This document shows, in pieces, positions 29,394 to 39,213 of a DNA stretch of 64,000 nt; position 1 is the stretch's first letter; each line of letters starts with the position of its first letter. The notes under the pieces were generated by a model that was not told the origin of the DNA, did no database searches, and saw nothing but the letters and a program-made list of their open reading frames with translations. Location of the stretch: positions 1-64,000 of IMG/VR virus record IMGVR_UViG_3300033121_001133. One strand, written 5' to 3'. A program made the position numbers and the translations under genes. The DNA is from a virus (lineage: Duplodnaviria > Caudoviricetes).

Positions 29394-29407
29394 CAATCTG
29401 ATTGGCA

Positions 29408-30451
29408 ATGGCCCAAGTATACAAGAACTTTGACCCAGAACAGGACATCATCACCGGTGATGTGCAAACGATCTCCCAACCAATCTGGTCGGAGAATATG
29501 AACCCCTATTCCCAGTCGGTTGCGAATGGGATTGGATTTTTCACATCATCTGCGCAGGTTTCTCAGTCCGGGGACTATCACGTTAATGTGTACCATCGTG
29601 ATCCAGCAACTTCAGTTAATGCTGCAGTGCAATTCTCGATTGCATATGGACATCGACTGGGAAGTGGATCTTATGGAGATCCCAACACTCTAGGGCAAAA
29701 CATCAACGATACTCCTTCAAGAGCAATATACAGCCAGTATAGGAATCAGCTGCTTCCCCCAACGGATAGCGTGTTCTCCTTTGATGGTACCGACTCTGAC
29801 GAGATCTTCGTGGTCAACTTAGCTAGGGCTAGATTCCGCCAGAAGATTGATCCAGGAAACTGGGAATTGCGTCTTGGAAGCGGATCCACTTTGGGTAGTG
29901 CAACCGCATACTCATCATTTATCGACACCAGTGGAGCAGGAGATGATTACACTCTAAATGAAGCTGGTCGAGTATATTCGATTAAGTCTGGATCAGGTGG
30001 AGTGTCTGCCTCTAATACCGTATTTGGCCTGTTTTACCCTGATCAAGGGGTTTATGTATTCCATGCAGGTCTGCTAAGAAGTACTCTGGGATGGCCTATT
30101 AACTCAGCATCAGCGGCTTCTCTAGTACAAGCTAGGAACCACGTGACAATGTCAATGGCTATCAAGAACGCATCCTACTTTGCAGCAAGAAGCGAGGAGA
30201 AGGTCACATCCACTCACTACTTTGTTAGGATAACAAACCGAGAGTTCAACTTCTCCAACAATCCTACCTTTGTGACCGGAAGCTCTGGCCATCTAAGGCA
30301 TTCTAGCATGCTGCGTAATCCAAGCGTGTATATCACCACAATTGGAATGTACGATCCTAACAATAGGTTGGTTGCATTAGCTAAGTTGAGTCGGCCTCTG
30401 CTAAAGAGTTTCAATAGGGAAGCGTTGATTAAGGTCAAACTTGACTTTTGA
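29408..30451 (+). CDS. baseplate/tail structural protein
   Basis: C-terminus YITTIGMYD...LVALAKLSRP is shared with 30732..32387. ATG at 29408. Confidence 0.65.
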   Translation: MAQVYKNFDPEQDIITGDVQTISQPIWSENMNPYSQSVANGIGFFTSSAQVSQSGDYHVNVYHRDPATSVNAAVQFSIAYGHRLGSGSYGDPNTLGQNINDTPSRAIYSQYRNQLLPPTDSVFSFDGTDSDEIFVVNLARARFRQKIDPGNWELRLGSGSTLGSATAYSSFIDTSGAGDDYTLNEAGRVYSIKSGSGGVSASNTVFGLFYPDQGVYVFHAGLLRSTLGWPINSASAASLVQARNHVTMSMAIKNASYFAARSEEKVTSTHYFVRITNREFNFSNNPTFVTGSSGHLRHSSMLRNPSVYITTIGMYDPNNRLVALAKLSRPLLKSFNREALIKVKLDF

Positions 30452-30720
30452 TGAAGAAGCGGGCTAATATAAAGGAAAGCGCTACTGCGGATCTGCCTGA
30501 TTTATCTAAGTGGTGGGAGTACCCTAAGGAGCAGATTTTAGGAACAGTATACTGGCTTCAAAACCAAATACCACCTCAGGATCCTAAAAAGAGAGCAGAG
30601 GCTTGGGAGAAGCTTAAAGCTAAGTTGCAGAAAAAACATCCCGCTCCAACCCAAGATCGATCTGATATCGATAGTGGTAATGACGAGACTGCCTTTGATG
30701 ATTATCGCAATATCGAATAG
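30448..30720 (+). CDS. hypothetical protein
   Basis: 90-aa ORF with an N-terminal KKRANIKE motif. Confidence 0.55.
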   Translation: MMKKRANIKESATADLPDLSKWWEYPKEQILGTVYWLQNQIPPQDPKKRAEAWEKLKAKLQKKHPAPTQDRSDIDSGNDETAFDDYRNIE

Positions 30721-30731
30721 CGTACAATGAA

Positions 30732-32387
30732 ATGGCGGGTATTTTCAAAAGCATTGACAAGTCGGACATCCGGCTAACACCATTTAGAGCATACAAACTA
30801 GTATCTCTAACCGGTAGCTTTTTGAGTAGTAGTATCTACCAAGCAGATTACAACCCCTATTCATACTACACCAATCCTGACCCTATCCAAGATACCTTTG
30901 ATCAAGGTAACTTAGCATTAACCGCCACAGAACCTACTACTTCAAACGGTCACTACCAGCGAGTAGTTCACCGATCGTTAGATCACCTGTATTATCGCGA
31001 CTTCTACACCAACACACGAGCAACCTTCGGTGGTGGCAACATAAACTATCAACATAGGTTTCTTGAAGATAGGGCCACAGCTATTAGCATTCCTCAGACT
31101 AAGTTTGGTGAATCAATCCAACAAGATAGCGTACGATTGTATGTGACCTTTAGTGGGGCAAACTATACGCTAGTAGATGATTTATACGGCAACTTGTACC
31201 CTAGTGGAGGTATTGCAATACTAGGCACTACCGTATCTGGATCAATCTCTCACCAATTGATGGGAGAGTGGCCTTCAGACTCAGTATACAAGTACATTGG
31301 GGAAGGACGAGTCAGCTATCGATCTGAATTCAATCGCGGGCTATACTCAATGCAAAGTAGCCATACCAATCTACTAGCAACCCGATCAGCCGAAACAAGT
31401 CCTACTACTCTTGATCACTTAATTGGAGCAGCATTTCACTTCACCTCCTCGGCCAACTCTAGGATCGAAGCAGGAGCTCCTGAGGCTTTGGAGTACTATC
31501 AGTATCTCAATTTCGAGAATGGAGACTTCACCATCACTGCACTAGTCAAGCCAGAAGTGAATCTAGCTTCTAGCTCAGGCAGTGTGATACTGACCAAGGC
31601 TGGACCAAGTAAGAGATTACAGTTGGACCTAAATGGAAACTTGTTTGTGGAGGGTGTTGAATATAAAACTCCCTACAACCTCTACTACTCAGCATCTAGG
31701 TTTGTATTTGAGCGTAATGCTCTCTACGAGTCAGCACGCGTAATTTCTAATGCAGCTGCAACCGGCAGCTACTATCATATTGCTGCGATCAAAACTGGCT
31801 CAGTGCTGCAGCTTTGGGTTAATGGATCTCAGGTAGGTGGTAATGTTGCTGACGTAACAGCGTCAGCTGACTGTTCCAATCAATCCAATATCTACATTGG
31901 AAACTCGTGGGATAACTTGAGAGGTTTCAATGGTGTAATTGATAGCGCTAAGATATACAAAGGCGCTTTCACACCAGCCGATGTAGCACTATCCTACAGA
32001 ACTCAAAACGTAGGGAATGTCTACATGGGCAACGTATTCTACACTAATGGAATGATGGTGCTGACGTCCAACGTTGCTAAGTACTTCAAGGTGAATCAGG
32101 TTGATTTGAGATCGACTCAAACCATCTACCAGACTGAGATTTCATGCACAGTCAATCCTGGTGAGTTCAACCGCAGTGTCAATCGTACACTGCAATATTA
32201 CAATCCTAACACCAATCAGTTTGAGTTTAAGCCATTCTCAACAGGTTCAGATTTTAGACCATACGTCACTACGGTGGGTTTATATGACCAAGATCATCAA
32301 CTAGTTGCTGTTGCCAAGCTCAGCACCCCAGTACAGCTACCAAATAACATGGACACCACCTTCATCGTGCGATACGATCGATGGTAA
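30732..32387 (+). CDS. LamG-domain baseplate/tail protein
   Basis: DFTITALVK...YYHIAAIK...LWVNG...IYIGN...FNGVIDSAKIY (LamG) and a C-terminal YVTTVGLYD...LVAVAKLSTP. Confidence 0.75.
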   Translation: MAGIFKSIDKSDIRLTPFRAYKLVSLTGSFLSSSIYQADYNPYSYYTNPDPIQDTFDQGNLALTATEPTTSNGHYQRVVHRSLDHLYYRDFYTNTRATFGGGNINYQHRFLEDRATAISIPQTKFGESIQQDSVRLYVTFSGANYTLVDDLYGNLYPSGGIAILGTTVSGSISHQLMGEWPSDSVYKYIGEGRVSYRSEFNRGLYSMQSSHTNLLATRSAETSPTTLDHLIGAAFHFTSSANSRIEAGAPEALEYYQYLNFENGDFTITALVKPEVNLASSSGSVILTKAGPSKRLQLDLNGNLFVEGVEYKTPYNLYYSASRFVFERNALYESARVISNAAATGSYYHIAAIKTGSVLQLWVNGSQVGGNVADVTASADCSNQSNIYIGNSWDNLRGFNGVIDSAKIYKGAFTPADVALSYRTQNVGNVYMGNVFYTNGMMVLTSNVAKYFKVNQVDLRSTQTIYQTEISCTVNPGEFNRSVNRTLQYYNPNTNQFEFKPFSTGSDFRPYVTTVGLYDQDHQLVAVAKLSTPVQLPNNMDTTFIVRYDRW

Positions 32388-32400
32388 ACCGACAATCGTT

Positions 32401-32799
32401 ATGAAGCGTAAGACAAGAAAGCAGGTACAATTAGTCAAAGGTTTCCGTAGTGGTTTAGAGGAAACCGTACAGCAGCAGCTAGCTAAAGCTGAGGTACCTT
32501 TTCAGTATGAGGAGCATAAAATAGAGTACTTCGTTCCGTTGATCAGACGAACCTACACTCCAGATTTTCTATTACCTAATGGGATTTACGTTGAGACTAA
32601 AGGGCGATTTGTCATGGAGGATAGGAAGAAGCATCTGCTGATACAGCAGCAGAGGCCAGAACTTGATATTAGGTTTGTGTTCCAAAACTCACGCAACAAG
32701 ATCAGAAAGGGCTCAAAAACCACGTACGCCGATTGGTGTATCAAACACGGTTTCAAGTATGCAGATAAGCTAATCCCAGCTAGCTGGTTGTCTGAGTGA
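32401..32799 (+). CDS. endonuclease I (T7 gp3-like Holliday junction resolvase)
   Basis: FRSGLEE...YTPDFLLPNGIYVETKGRF...DRKKHLLI...PELDIRFVF...TYADWC..HGF. Start at ATG 32401. Confidence 0.92.
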   Translation: MKRKTRKQVQLVKGFRSGLEETVQQQLAKAEVPFQYEEHKIEYFVPLIRRTYTPDFLLPNGIYVETKGRFVMEDRKKHLLIQQQRPELDIRFVFQNSRNKIRKGSKTTYADWCIKHGFKYADKLIPASWLSE

Positions 32800-32818
32800 C
32801 TTTTTTGCCTTATGATCA
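32787..32818 (+). promoter_or_regulatory. Bacteroidota-type promoter (GTTG-N20-TATGATCA)
   Basis: TTG at 32788-32790 and TATGATCA at 32811-32818. If real, the primase starts at ATG 32824. Confidence 0.4.
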
Positions 32819-33747
32819 ACAGCATGACTGTAGATATAGCGCGCGTTAAGTCGATTGTAGATAAGCACTTAGGTAATGGTTTAACCCTTAGGCATGGAGA
32901 AGTTAGCTACTTTTGTCCATTCTGTAATCATAGGAAGCGGAAACTCCAAGCTAACTTTTTAGTCCAGAAATGGCATTGTTGGGTATGCAATGCTAGTGGT
33001 ATTTCTATCGCCTCTCTACTCAGAAAGAGTAACGCACCAATCGGCCTCTTTAAGGAAGTCAAGGACCTGTATGGTGGCTACAAGTCAAATCACAGTACTA
33101 AGAGCTTTAGCTCTAGCCTAGCTCTACCAGAGGATTACAAACCATTACACATAAAACAGAACACCCCAGCCTACAAGCAAGCCCTTCACTACGCTACTAC
33201 TGTAAGAGGGCTTTCTGCCATTGACATTCTAAGGTATCAGATAGGCTACTGCGAAGAGGGTCCTTATGGTGGTATGCTGATTTTACCATCGTATGATGGG
33301 GATCTTCGATTGAATTTTTTCACTGCTCGAAGCTATTACAGAGAGACTGCAACCCATAAAAATCCACCGGTATCCAAGGATATTGTAGGGTTTGAATCAC
33401 AAATTGACTGGAGTCAGCCAGTAGTGATCGTGGAGGGTGGATTCGATGCGATTGCAGTCAAGCGAAATGCAATACCGCTGTTTGGTAAGGTTATCCAACC
33501 TCGGTTGAAGATGAAGTTAGCGAGTAAGTCCAAGCAAGTTTACCTGGCTCTCGACAAGGATGCCTTTAAGGATTGCATTCCAATCGTAGAGGACTTGCTA
33601 CAGCAAGGATTGAGCGTTAAGTGGGTGGATTTACCAGGTAAAGATCCCAGTGAAGTAGGTTACTGTGAAATGGTTACAGCAGTGGAGCAAGCAAAACCCG
33701 TAGATTTCGCAGGCCTAATCAGGCTTAAACTAGGCCTATGGCGTTGA
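32812..33747 (+). CDS. DNA primase (zinc finger plus TOPRIM)
   Basis: CPFCNH...WHCWVC zinc finger, IVEGGFDA and LALDKDA TOPRIM motifs, KDPSE. Confidence 0.9.
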   Translation: MINSMTVDIARVKSIVDKHLGNGLTLRHGEVSYFCPFCNHRKRKLQANFLVQKWHCWVCNASGISIASLLRKSNAPIGLFKEVKDLYGGYKSNHSTKSFSSSLALPEDYKPLHIKQNTPAYKQALHYATTVRGLSAIDILRYQIGYCEEGPYGGMLILPSYDGDLRLNFFTARSYYRETATHKNPPVSKDIVGFESQIDWSQPVVIVEGGFDAIAVKRNAIPLFGKVIQPRLKMKLASKSKQVYLALDKDAFKDCIPIVEDLLQQGLSVKWVDLPGKDPSEVGYCEMVTAVEQAKPVDFAGLIRLKLGLWR

Positions 33748-33774
33748 CCTTCTGCTAATAATTTAGTAACTTGA
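33743..33774 (+). promoter_or_regulatory. Bacteroidota-type promoter (GTTG-N20-TAACTTGA)
   Basis: TTG at 33744-33746 and TAACTTGA at 33767-33774, upstream of the SbcDC fusion. Confidence 0.45.
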
Positions 33775-33796
33775 AAACAAGTAGTGATTGAGGAGA

Positions 33797-36700
33797 ATGA
33801 TAAATCAAATCAATAGTACTCTATCTAAAGTAGACTACATTCTTCACGTAGCAGATATCCATATTCGCAACTGGAAACGCCATCGGGAATATCAAGAGGT
33901 CTTCGACAAGCTATACGCTGCTGTCGACAGCCTACCGGCAAATAGCATTGTGACTGTGGGGGGTGATGTTGCTCACGCCAAGACCGATATGAGTCCTGAG
34001 CTGATTAGCATGATCACCGGTTTTCTCCAGCAGCTAGGAGATCGTAGACCGACGATTCTGATTGCTGGAAATCACGACACTAATCTGAACAACAATCAAC
34101 GGCTAGACGTACTAACTCCGATTGTAGAAGCATTGAAGCATCCTAATGTATTCTATCTTCGCAACTCGGGGACGTATCAAATCGGAGATCTTGACATCGG
34201 AGTGATGTCTCTGCTGGACGACAAGCAGACTTATCCGTTAATTAGCAGTGTTGATCCTACACGCTCTCGTCGACGGATTGCAATGTATCATGGTACTATT
34301 GCTAATAGTAAGGTTGATAGTGGGTTAAACATTGCTCATGGCTTGAACTGGGACGTGTTTGCTGGCTATGATATAGTGCTTCTAGGAGATATCCACAAGA
34401 GACAAGTCCAAAGTCAGTCAGATCCTCTGATGTTCTACCCAGGATCGCTAATCCAGCAGAATTTTGGGGAGTCCTTTGAGGGTCATGGGTTTGCGTTAGT
34501 TGACCTAACTCAACCTGATCCGAAGCTGAGTCTGCATGATATCCCCAACCAATACGGCTTCTTTACTATTGATGTTGTGGATGGAGTGGTACCTCCTAAC
34601 CTTCCTATCAACAGTAGGACTAATGTGCGGATTAAGTCTAAAGGGACTACTCCAAACCAGCTGAAAGAGATCTTACATAATCTGCGAAAGCAGTATGGGG
34701 TAGCTGAGGTGAGTATCAACAACTTGGACGGTTTGGGAAAGACTGGTATCTCCAATCAGGTAGGTGACGGTATTTACCAAGGGGATATTCGCAGTCCCCA
34801 AGTTCAAAGGCAGCTACTAGCTAACTACTACAAGGATAATCCCCTCTCAGACGAGTTAACTGATCAAATACTGCAGCTAAGCGATCAACTAAACTCTCAG
34901 CTGAATCACCCTGAAGTGGCGCGGGGTACAGTGTGGAAGCCTAGGAGATTTGAGTTCTCTAATATGTTCTCGTATGGTGAGAATAATGTGATTGACTTCA
35001 CTAAAATGAAGGGAACTTGTGGATTATTTGCACCTAACCACACTGGCAAATCCTCCATACTCGATGCTCTATGCTTTTGCTTGTTTGACTACACCTCCCG
35101 AGCTGGAAAGGCGGAGCATGTGCTGAATAATAAGAGCGACTGGTTTAGCTGCCAGTTCGAGTTTGAGTTGGAAGGCCTAGTATACACCATCAAAAAGCAA
35201 GCTTCCAGGTACAAGAAAGGACCACTAGCAGGCCGCCTCAGAGTTGATATTGATTTCTGGTATGTTAACGCTGAGGGAGCAACTGTATCTCTAAACGGTG
35301 AACAGAGAAGGGATACTGACAGGATCATTCAAAGCTATATTGGCACCTTCAATGACTTTGTTCTAACGGCATTGTCGATGCAAGGTAACAGCTCGAACTT
35401 TGTTGAGAAGACTCAGGGAGAACGAAAGGAGCTGCTTGCAAACTTCTTGGATCTAGCAACCTTTGATCAGCTGTTTGAACTAGCAAACAGAGAGGTTAAA
35501 ACCTTAGTAGTTCTACTGGAGAATCACCAGAGACAGGACTATTCATCTCAGATCATTGAACTTGAAGCTAAGTTAGATCAACTAGATAGCGATAGGACTA
35601 AGCAACAGGCTGATGTTGATGTTGCACAGGCCGTAGTTGATCAGCTTAATCAGAACCTAAACAATCTCAATAAGGAGCTACTACCTGTTAGGTATCGAGG
35701 ATCTTCAGTCGAAGATCTAAACGATGCAAAGCAGAGACTCAACAGCCAAATTACGGAACGGCAGAGTATGATTGAGAAGTTGCAACAGTTGCTACAAACT
35801 CAATCTTCGCTAGTGAGTCTTCAAGAGTCGGAGCTGGCAGGTGCCAAAAAAGCCTTCAATGTTGAAGCCTACACCAGGCTGGGACAGGACAGACAGCTTC
35901 TAGGATCAATGATGGATCGTCTTAGTAAGATTGACTTGATGATACCCACCATGCAGGCCAAGCTGGATATGCTCCATCAGCATCAATATGATCCAAACTG
36001 CAAGTATTGTGTTGCCAACGCGTTCGTTAAGGATGCGTTGGATACTAAAGCTGCGTTGGAATTAGATCAAGAGCAGAGGAAGCAGTTACTATCTGAGATA
36101 GAAAGTCTACGTCAGCAGATTGAACTTAATGCACCTCTGGAAGATCAGCTAAAGAGTATTCAAGATCTTGACGTGGACTTAACCACTAATCGAAAGCTAT
36201 TAGATGATACTAATAGTCAACTGCACATTGAGCGGCTTAAGCTAAGCTCACTCAATGACAATCTCAGAGAAGTGGGTTTGCAAATCGAGGCCTATCAAGC
36301 TGATAAACTGCAGCTTCTAGCCAATGAGCAGATCAACCTCAAGATCGAAGCAGAGAAGCTGCTTCTCCAGCAGGCTACAGCAAAGTTGACCCAAGCACAG
36401 CAGAAGTACAACAGAGCCTATGCCGACCTCCAGATTGGGATTCACAACCTTTCTAGTCTCAAAAAAGCCTCTAGTGAGGTAGATAATCTACTGAAGAAGC
36501 TAGAGTTATATGAGGCCTATTGTAAGGCCGTTTCCAAAGACGGTATTCCCTATGACCTGATTAGCAAGGCCGTACCCTACATTCAAAATTACGTCAATAA
36601 CATCCTGTCACAGATAGTAGAGTTTCAGGTGACTCTCGAGACCGACGGTAAGAATATCAACGCATTCATCGGATACGATGACCAGAAGTGGCCGCTGGAG

Positions 36701-36976
36701 CTGGCTTCTGGGATGGAGCGATTTGTGTCATCGCTGGCAATCAGAATTGCGCTGATCAAGACTACTAACCTACCTAAACCTGACTTCATTGCGATTGATG
36801 AGGGATTGGGAGTGTTGGACTCTTCAAATCTGAACTCCATGCATACCTTATTCACCTATATGAAGGATGTATTCAAGTTCAGCTTGATTATATCCCACAT
36901 CGATGTAGTACGAGATATGGTGGATAATATCCTAAACATCGATCGCAGGGAGGGTTTTAGCTGCATACGGGTGTGA
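33797..36976 (+). CDS. fused SbcD-SbcC (Mre11-Rad50, gp47-gp46) recombination nuclease/ATPase
   Basis: Phosphoesterase motifs DIH, GD, GNHD, HG, GDIHK. Walker A APNHTGKSS, hook CKYC, signature ASGME, Walker B IAIDEG, IISH. Confidence 0.92.
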   Translation: MINQINSTLSKVDYILHVADIHIRNWKRHREYQEVFDKLYAAVDSLPANSIVTVGGDVAHAKTDMSPELISMITGFLQQLGDRRPTILIAGNHDTNLNNNQRLDVLTPIVEALKHPNVFYLRNSGTYQIGDLDIGVMSLLDDKQTYPLISSVDPTRSRRRIAMYHGTIANSKVDSGLNIAHGLNWDVFAGYDIVLLGDIHKRQVQSQSDPLMFYPGSLIQQNFGESFEGHGFALVDLTQPDPKLSLHDIPNQYGFFTIDVVDGVVPPNLPINSRTNVRIKSKGTTPNQLKEILHNLRKQYGVAEVSINNLDGLGKTGISNQVGDGIYQGDIRSPQVQRQLLANYYKDNPLSDELTDQILQLSDQLNSQLNHPEVARGTVWKPRRFEFSNMFSYGENNVIDFTKMKGTCGLFAPNHTGKSSILDALCFCLFDYTSRAGKAEHVLNNKSDWFSCQFEFELEGLVYTIKKQASRYKKGPLAGRLRVDIDFWYVNAEGATVSLNGEQRRDTDRIIQSYIGTFNDFVLTALSMQGNSSNFVEKTQGERKELLANFLDLATFDQLFELANREVKTLVVLLENHQRQDYSSQIIELEAKLDQLDSDRTKQQADVDVAQAVVDQLNQNLNNLNKELLPVRYRGSSVEDLNDAKQRLNSQITERQSMIEKLQQLLQTQSSLVSLQESELAGAKKAFNVEAYTRLGQDRQLLGSMMDRLSKIDLMIPTMQAKLDMLHQHQYDPNCKYCVANAFVKDALDTKAALELDQEQRKQLLSEIESLRQQIELNAPLEDQLKSIQDLDVDLTTNRKLLDDTNSQLHIERLKLSSLNDNLREVGLQIEAYQADKLQLLANEQINLKIEAEKLLLQQATAKLTQAQQKYNRAYADLQIGIHNLSSLKKASSEVDNLLKKLELYEAYCKAVSKDGIPYDLISKAVPYIQNYVNNILSQIVEFQVTLETDGKNINAFIGYDDQKWPLELASGMERFVSSLAIRIALIKTTNLPKPDFIAIDEGLGVLDSSNLNSMHTLFTYMKDVFKFSLIISHIDVVRDMVDNILNIDRREGFSCIRV

Positions 36977-36980
36977 GTGA

Positions 36981-36987
36981 TATTTAT
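36981..36987 (+). promoter_or_regulatory. putative late promoter TATTTAT
   Basis: Intergenic, 5 nt before ATG 36993. Confidence 0.6.
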
Positions 36988-36992
36988 GACTG

Positions 36993-39212
36993 ATGCAAGT
37001 CAGTCTATACAAATATCCGCAACCCCGAGGATACGCTAAAGCTAGGTTCCTAATAGAGGACACCAGTCCGAATTCACCTCTCTACTTTGATGTGGTGCAA
37101 CTACCGCCTACTCTAGGTGGTGGTCGTAGCTCAATTGTGTTAAAGGGTAATGGTGAGGGGCTAGCTCTCAATTCCAGCATTGATGTAGAGATTGTAGATG
37201 CTGCTGGAAAGAATGTGTTTTGTGAGGTGGCTAACTTCATTGACCGATTCAACCAGTACTACATCACGGTTGAGGTGTATGACACCACAGCCCCAGGACC
37301 TGCAACAATCTACCTGGTGGGTAAAGCAGCGATTGATCCACAGGGTCAATCTATTGATCCCAACTATAGACAAAGGAGCTCTCGACTCGATTACCACGAG
37401 GAATTTGATGTCCGTTGGACCGGTACTATGGTGATAGCACCTAGTGAGCGTAACAATGCAGACCTAATCTTCGACGCTCCTCCAAACGTAGGAGTTACCC
37501 AGGTATATGGTCCAGCTCGCTTGCAAACTCAAGCTACCGCAAGTGGGTTTGTATATTCCACACTAACCTCTAGCGCGGATCAACTGACCATCATAAGCTC
37601 AGACTTCACTGGATTTGATCGTGATTTCAGTACCAGTCCGGAGATTCGTGATCCAAGACTGCAGAATCTACTAATCAATCCTAGACAACAGGCTAATACA
37701 GCAAATAGCATTAACACCACCATTCGCAGATGGGATGCTGATGTGATGGGAGGTTATCGAATTAGCTATACTGACCGTTTTAACACCGTAGTTGTAGCTA
37801 GTTCTTCGTTTTTCCGTAAAGAGCACTTAGGAGGATTCTTTGAGTTCCCTGACACGGGAAGTACCCCTCTAAACCTACTTCCACCTCCAATTTCGGGAGT
37901 TTCCGTGTCAGGAAGTATTAGCAATCAGCTTCTAAGCTATGGAGGGAATATAGTAGAGGTGATTAGCGATCGACAAATCGTTGTAGATCAGCCAGTTCAA
38001 GTCACTACAATTGATAGGAGGTTCCCACCTCAGGAGTATATTAGTACTCATCGCTACAAGCAAGTGTCATTATTTACAGGTAGCATAACCTATGCTCCAT
38101 CTGATATAACCTACGCTGAGAGCATCTTCGTATCTCAGTCCTATTTAGAGTTTACCTTCACCAATCTAGTACCCATAAGCGGAGAGGTGTATAGGATTAA
38201 AACCTACACTAAGAGAGGTGCTAGTACAGGGGATTTTAAGCTGCTGAATGATCAGGTAGTTCGACCAACTGAGTACTTGACCGATGCATCATTTCCTAAT
38301 GATACCAGCTACGCAAAACGTGAGTCTGACTATCAGTTGATAGGATATTTCACATCTCAATCTGTCCTCGACTTGTACTGGAATCTATACCAAGAGCTAC
38401 CAAATTCACTTGACCTGATCTCAGGATCAGTCTCCGATGGTGTTTTGATTGATTCGGTTGAGATGCACGCTGCTCACACCCAATCTTGTGTGTTAGCAGC
38501 TCGCTATAACCAGAACTACAACATCAATCAACCATACACCTTAGGGTTAAACCTCACCTTAGATCCTCATACTGAGTTGGAGGTTTACATGAGTAGTACA
38601 CCACTAAACTACAATGTGGTATCTCCTTCACTTTATCCACAAGCCTTTCTGCGTGATCGAGTACAAGACACCAAGTATGCCTCAAGCTCGCTTTGGAATA
38701 GAGAGAGGCGCAATGATAACGAGTATAGTGTGTTTGGCAAGTTGATTGGTAAGGTGGTAAATGACACTCCGTCGCGTAAGTACTACGGCAAAGTCGTGTT
38801 TGATTTTGAAACCGATGGTAGTGGGTTTGGTCGACCGGTATTACGATCTAGGGTGGTGGATGAGACTCCAACCATAAGTGGATCGGCTTATGTGGGAGAG
38901 TTGAGTATTAAGCCATTCCAACTTAATGGATTTACCCCAAGCATCGTGCAATACAGCGTACCACTTACCGTTGAATTAGCAACGTTCTTCTCGGTGATAT
39001 CACAGTCAGTAGATGTTAAGATTGAGTACTTTGACTATACTGGTAGACAGTCCGAATATGTTACCATGTTGGATGATATTACTGTCAACTTGAGGGGAGA
39101 GATACCATCAAACACCTGTCAAACCGAGACTAACCTATTCTCATTCTCCACACAGAATACTGGCACAGTAACTAGAAGGATGATTGCAGATCAGATACTA
39201 ACCTCACGATAG
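36993..39212 (+). CDS. virion structural protein (tail-associated, beta-rich)
   Basis: 739 aa, preceded by the late motif and rich in S/T-x-S like the other tail genes. Confidence 0.65.
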   Translation: MQVSLYKYPQPRGYAKARFLIEDTSPNSPLYFDVVQLPPTLGGGRSSIVLKGNGEGLALNSSIDVEIVDAAGKNVFCEVANFIDRFNQYYITVEVYDTTAPGPATIYLVGKAAIDPQGQSIDPNYRQRSSRLDYHEEFDVRWTGTMVIAPSERNNADLIFDAPPNVGVTQVYGPARLQTQATASGFVYSTLTSSADQLTIISSDFTGFDRDFSTSPEIRDPRLQNLLINPRQQANTANSINTTIRRWDADVMGGYRISYTDRFNTVVVASSSFFRKEHLGGFFEFPDTGSTPLNLLPPPISGVSVSGSISNQLLSYGGNIVEVISDRQIVVDQPVQVTTIDRRFPPQEYISTHRYKQVSLFTGSITYAPSDITYAESIFVSQSYLEFTFTNLVPISGEVYRIKTYTKRGASTGDFKLLNDQVVRPTEYLTDASFPNDTSYAKRESDYQLIGYFTSQSVLDLYWNLYQELPNSLDLISGSVSDGVLIDSVEMHAAHTQSCVLAARYNQNYNINQPYTLGLNLTLDPHTELEVYMSSTPLNYNVVSPSLYPQAFLRDRVQDTKYASSSLWNRERRNDNEYSVFGKLIGKVVNDTPSRKYYGKVVFDFETDGSGFGRPVLRSRVVDETPTISGSAYVGELSIKPFQLNGFTPSIVQYSVPLTVELATFFSVISQSVDVKIEYFDYTGRQSEYVTMLDDITVNLRGEIPSNTCQTETNLFSFSTQNTGTVTRRMIADQILTSR

Positions 39213-39213
39213 T

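Noticed and set aside
32305-32400. N-terminal extensions in the ORF track (also 3032, 47086, 53889, 54988)
   Set aside because: They overlap upstream genes or leaders. Downstream ATGs at 32401, 3107, 47107, 53919 and 55060 fit gene packing better.
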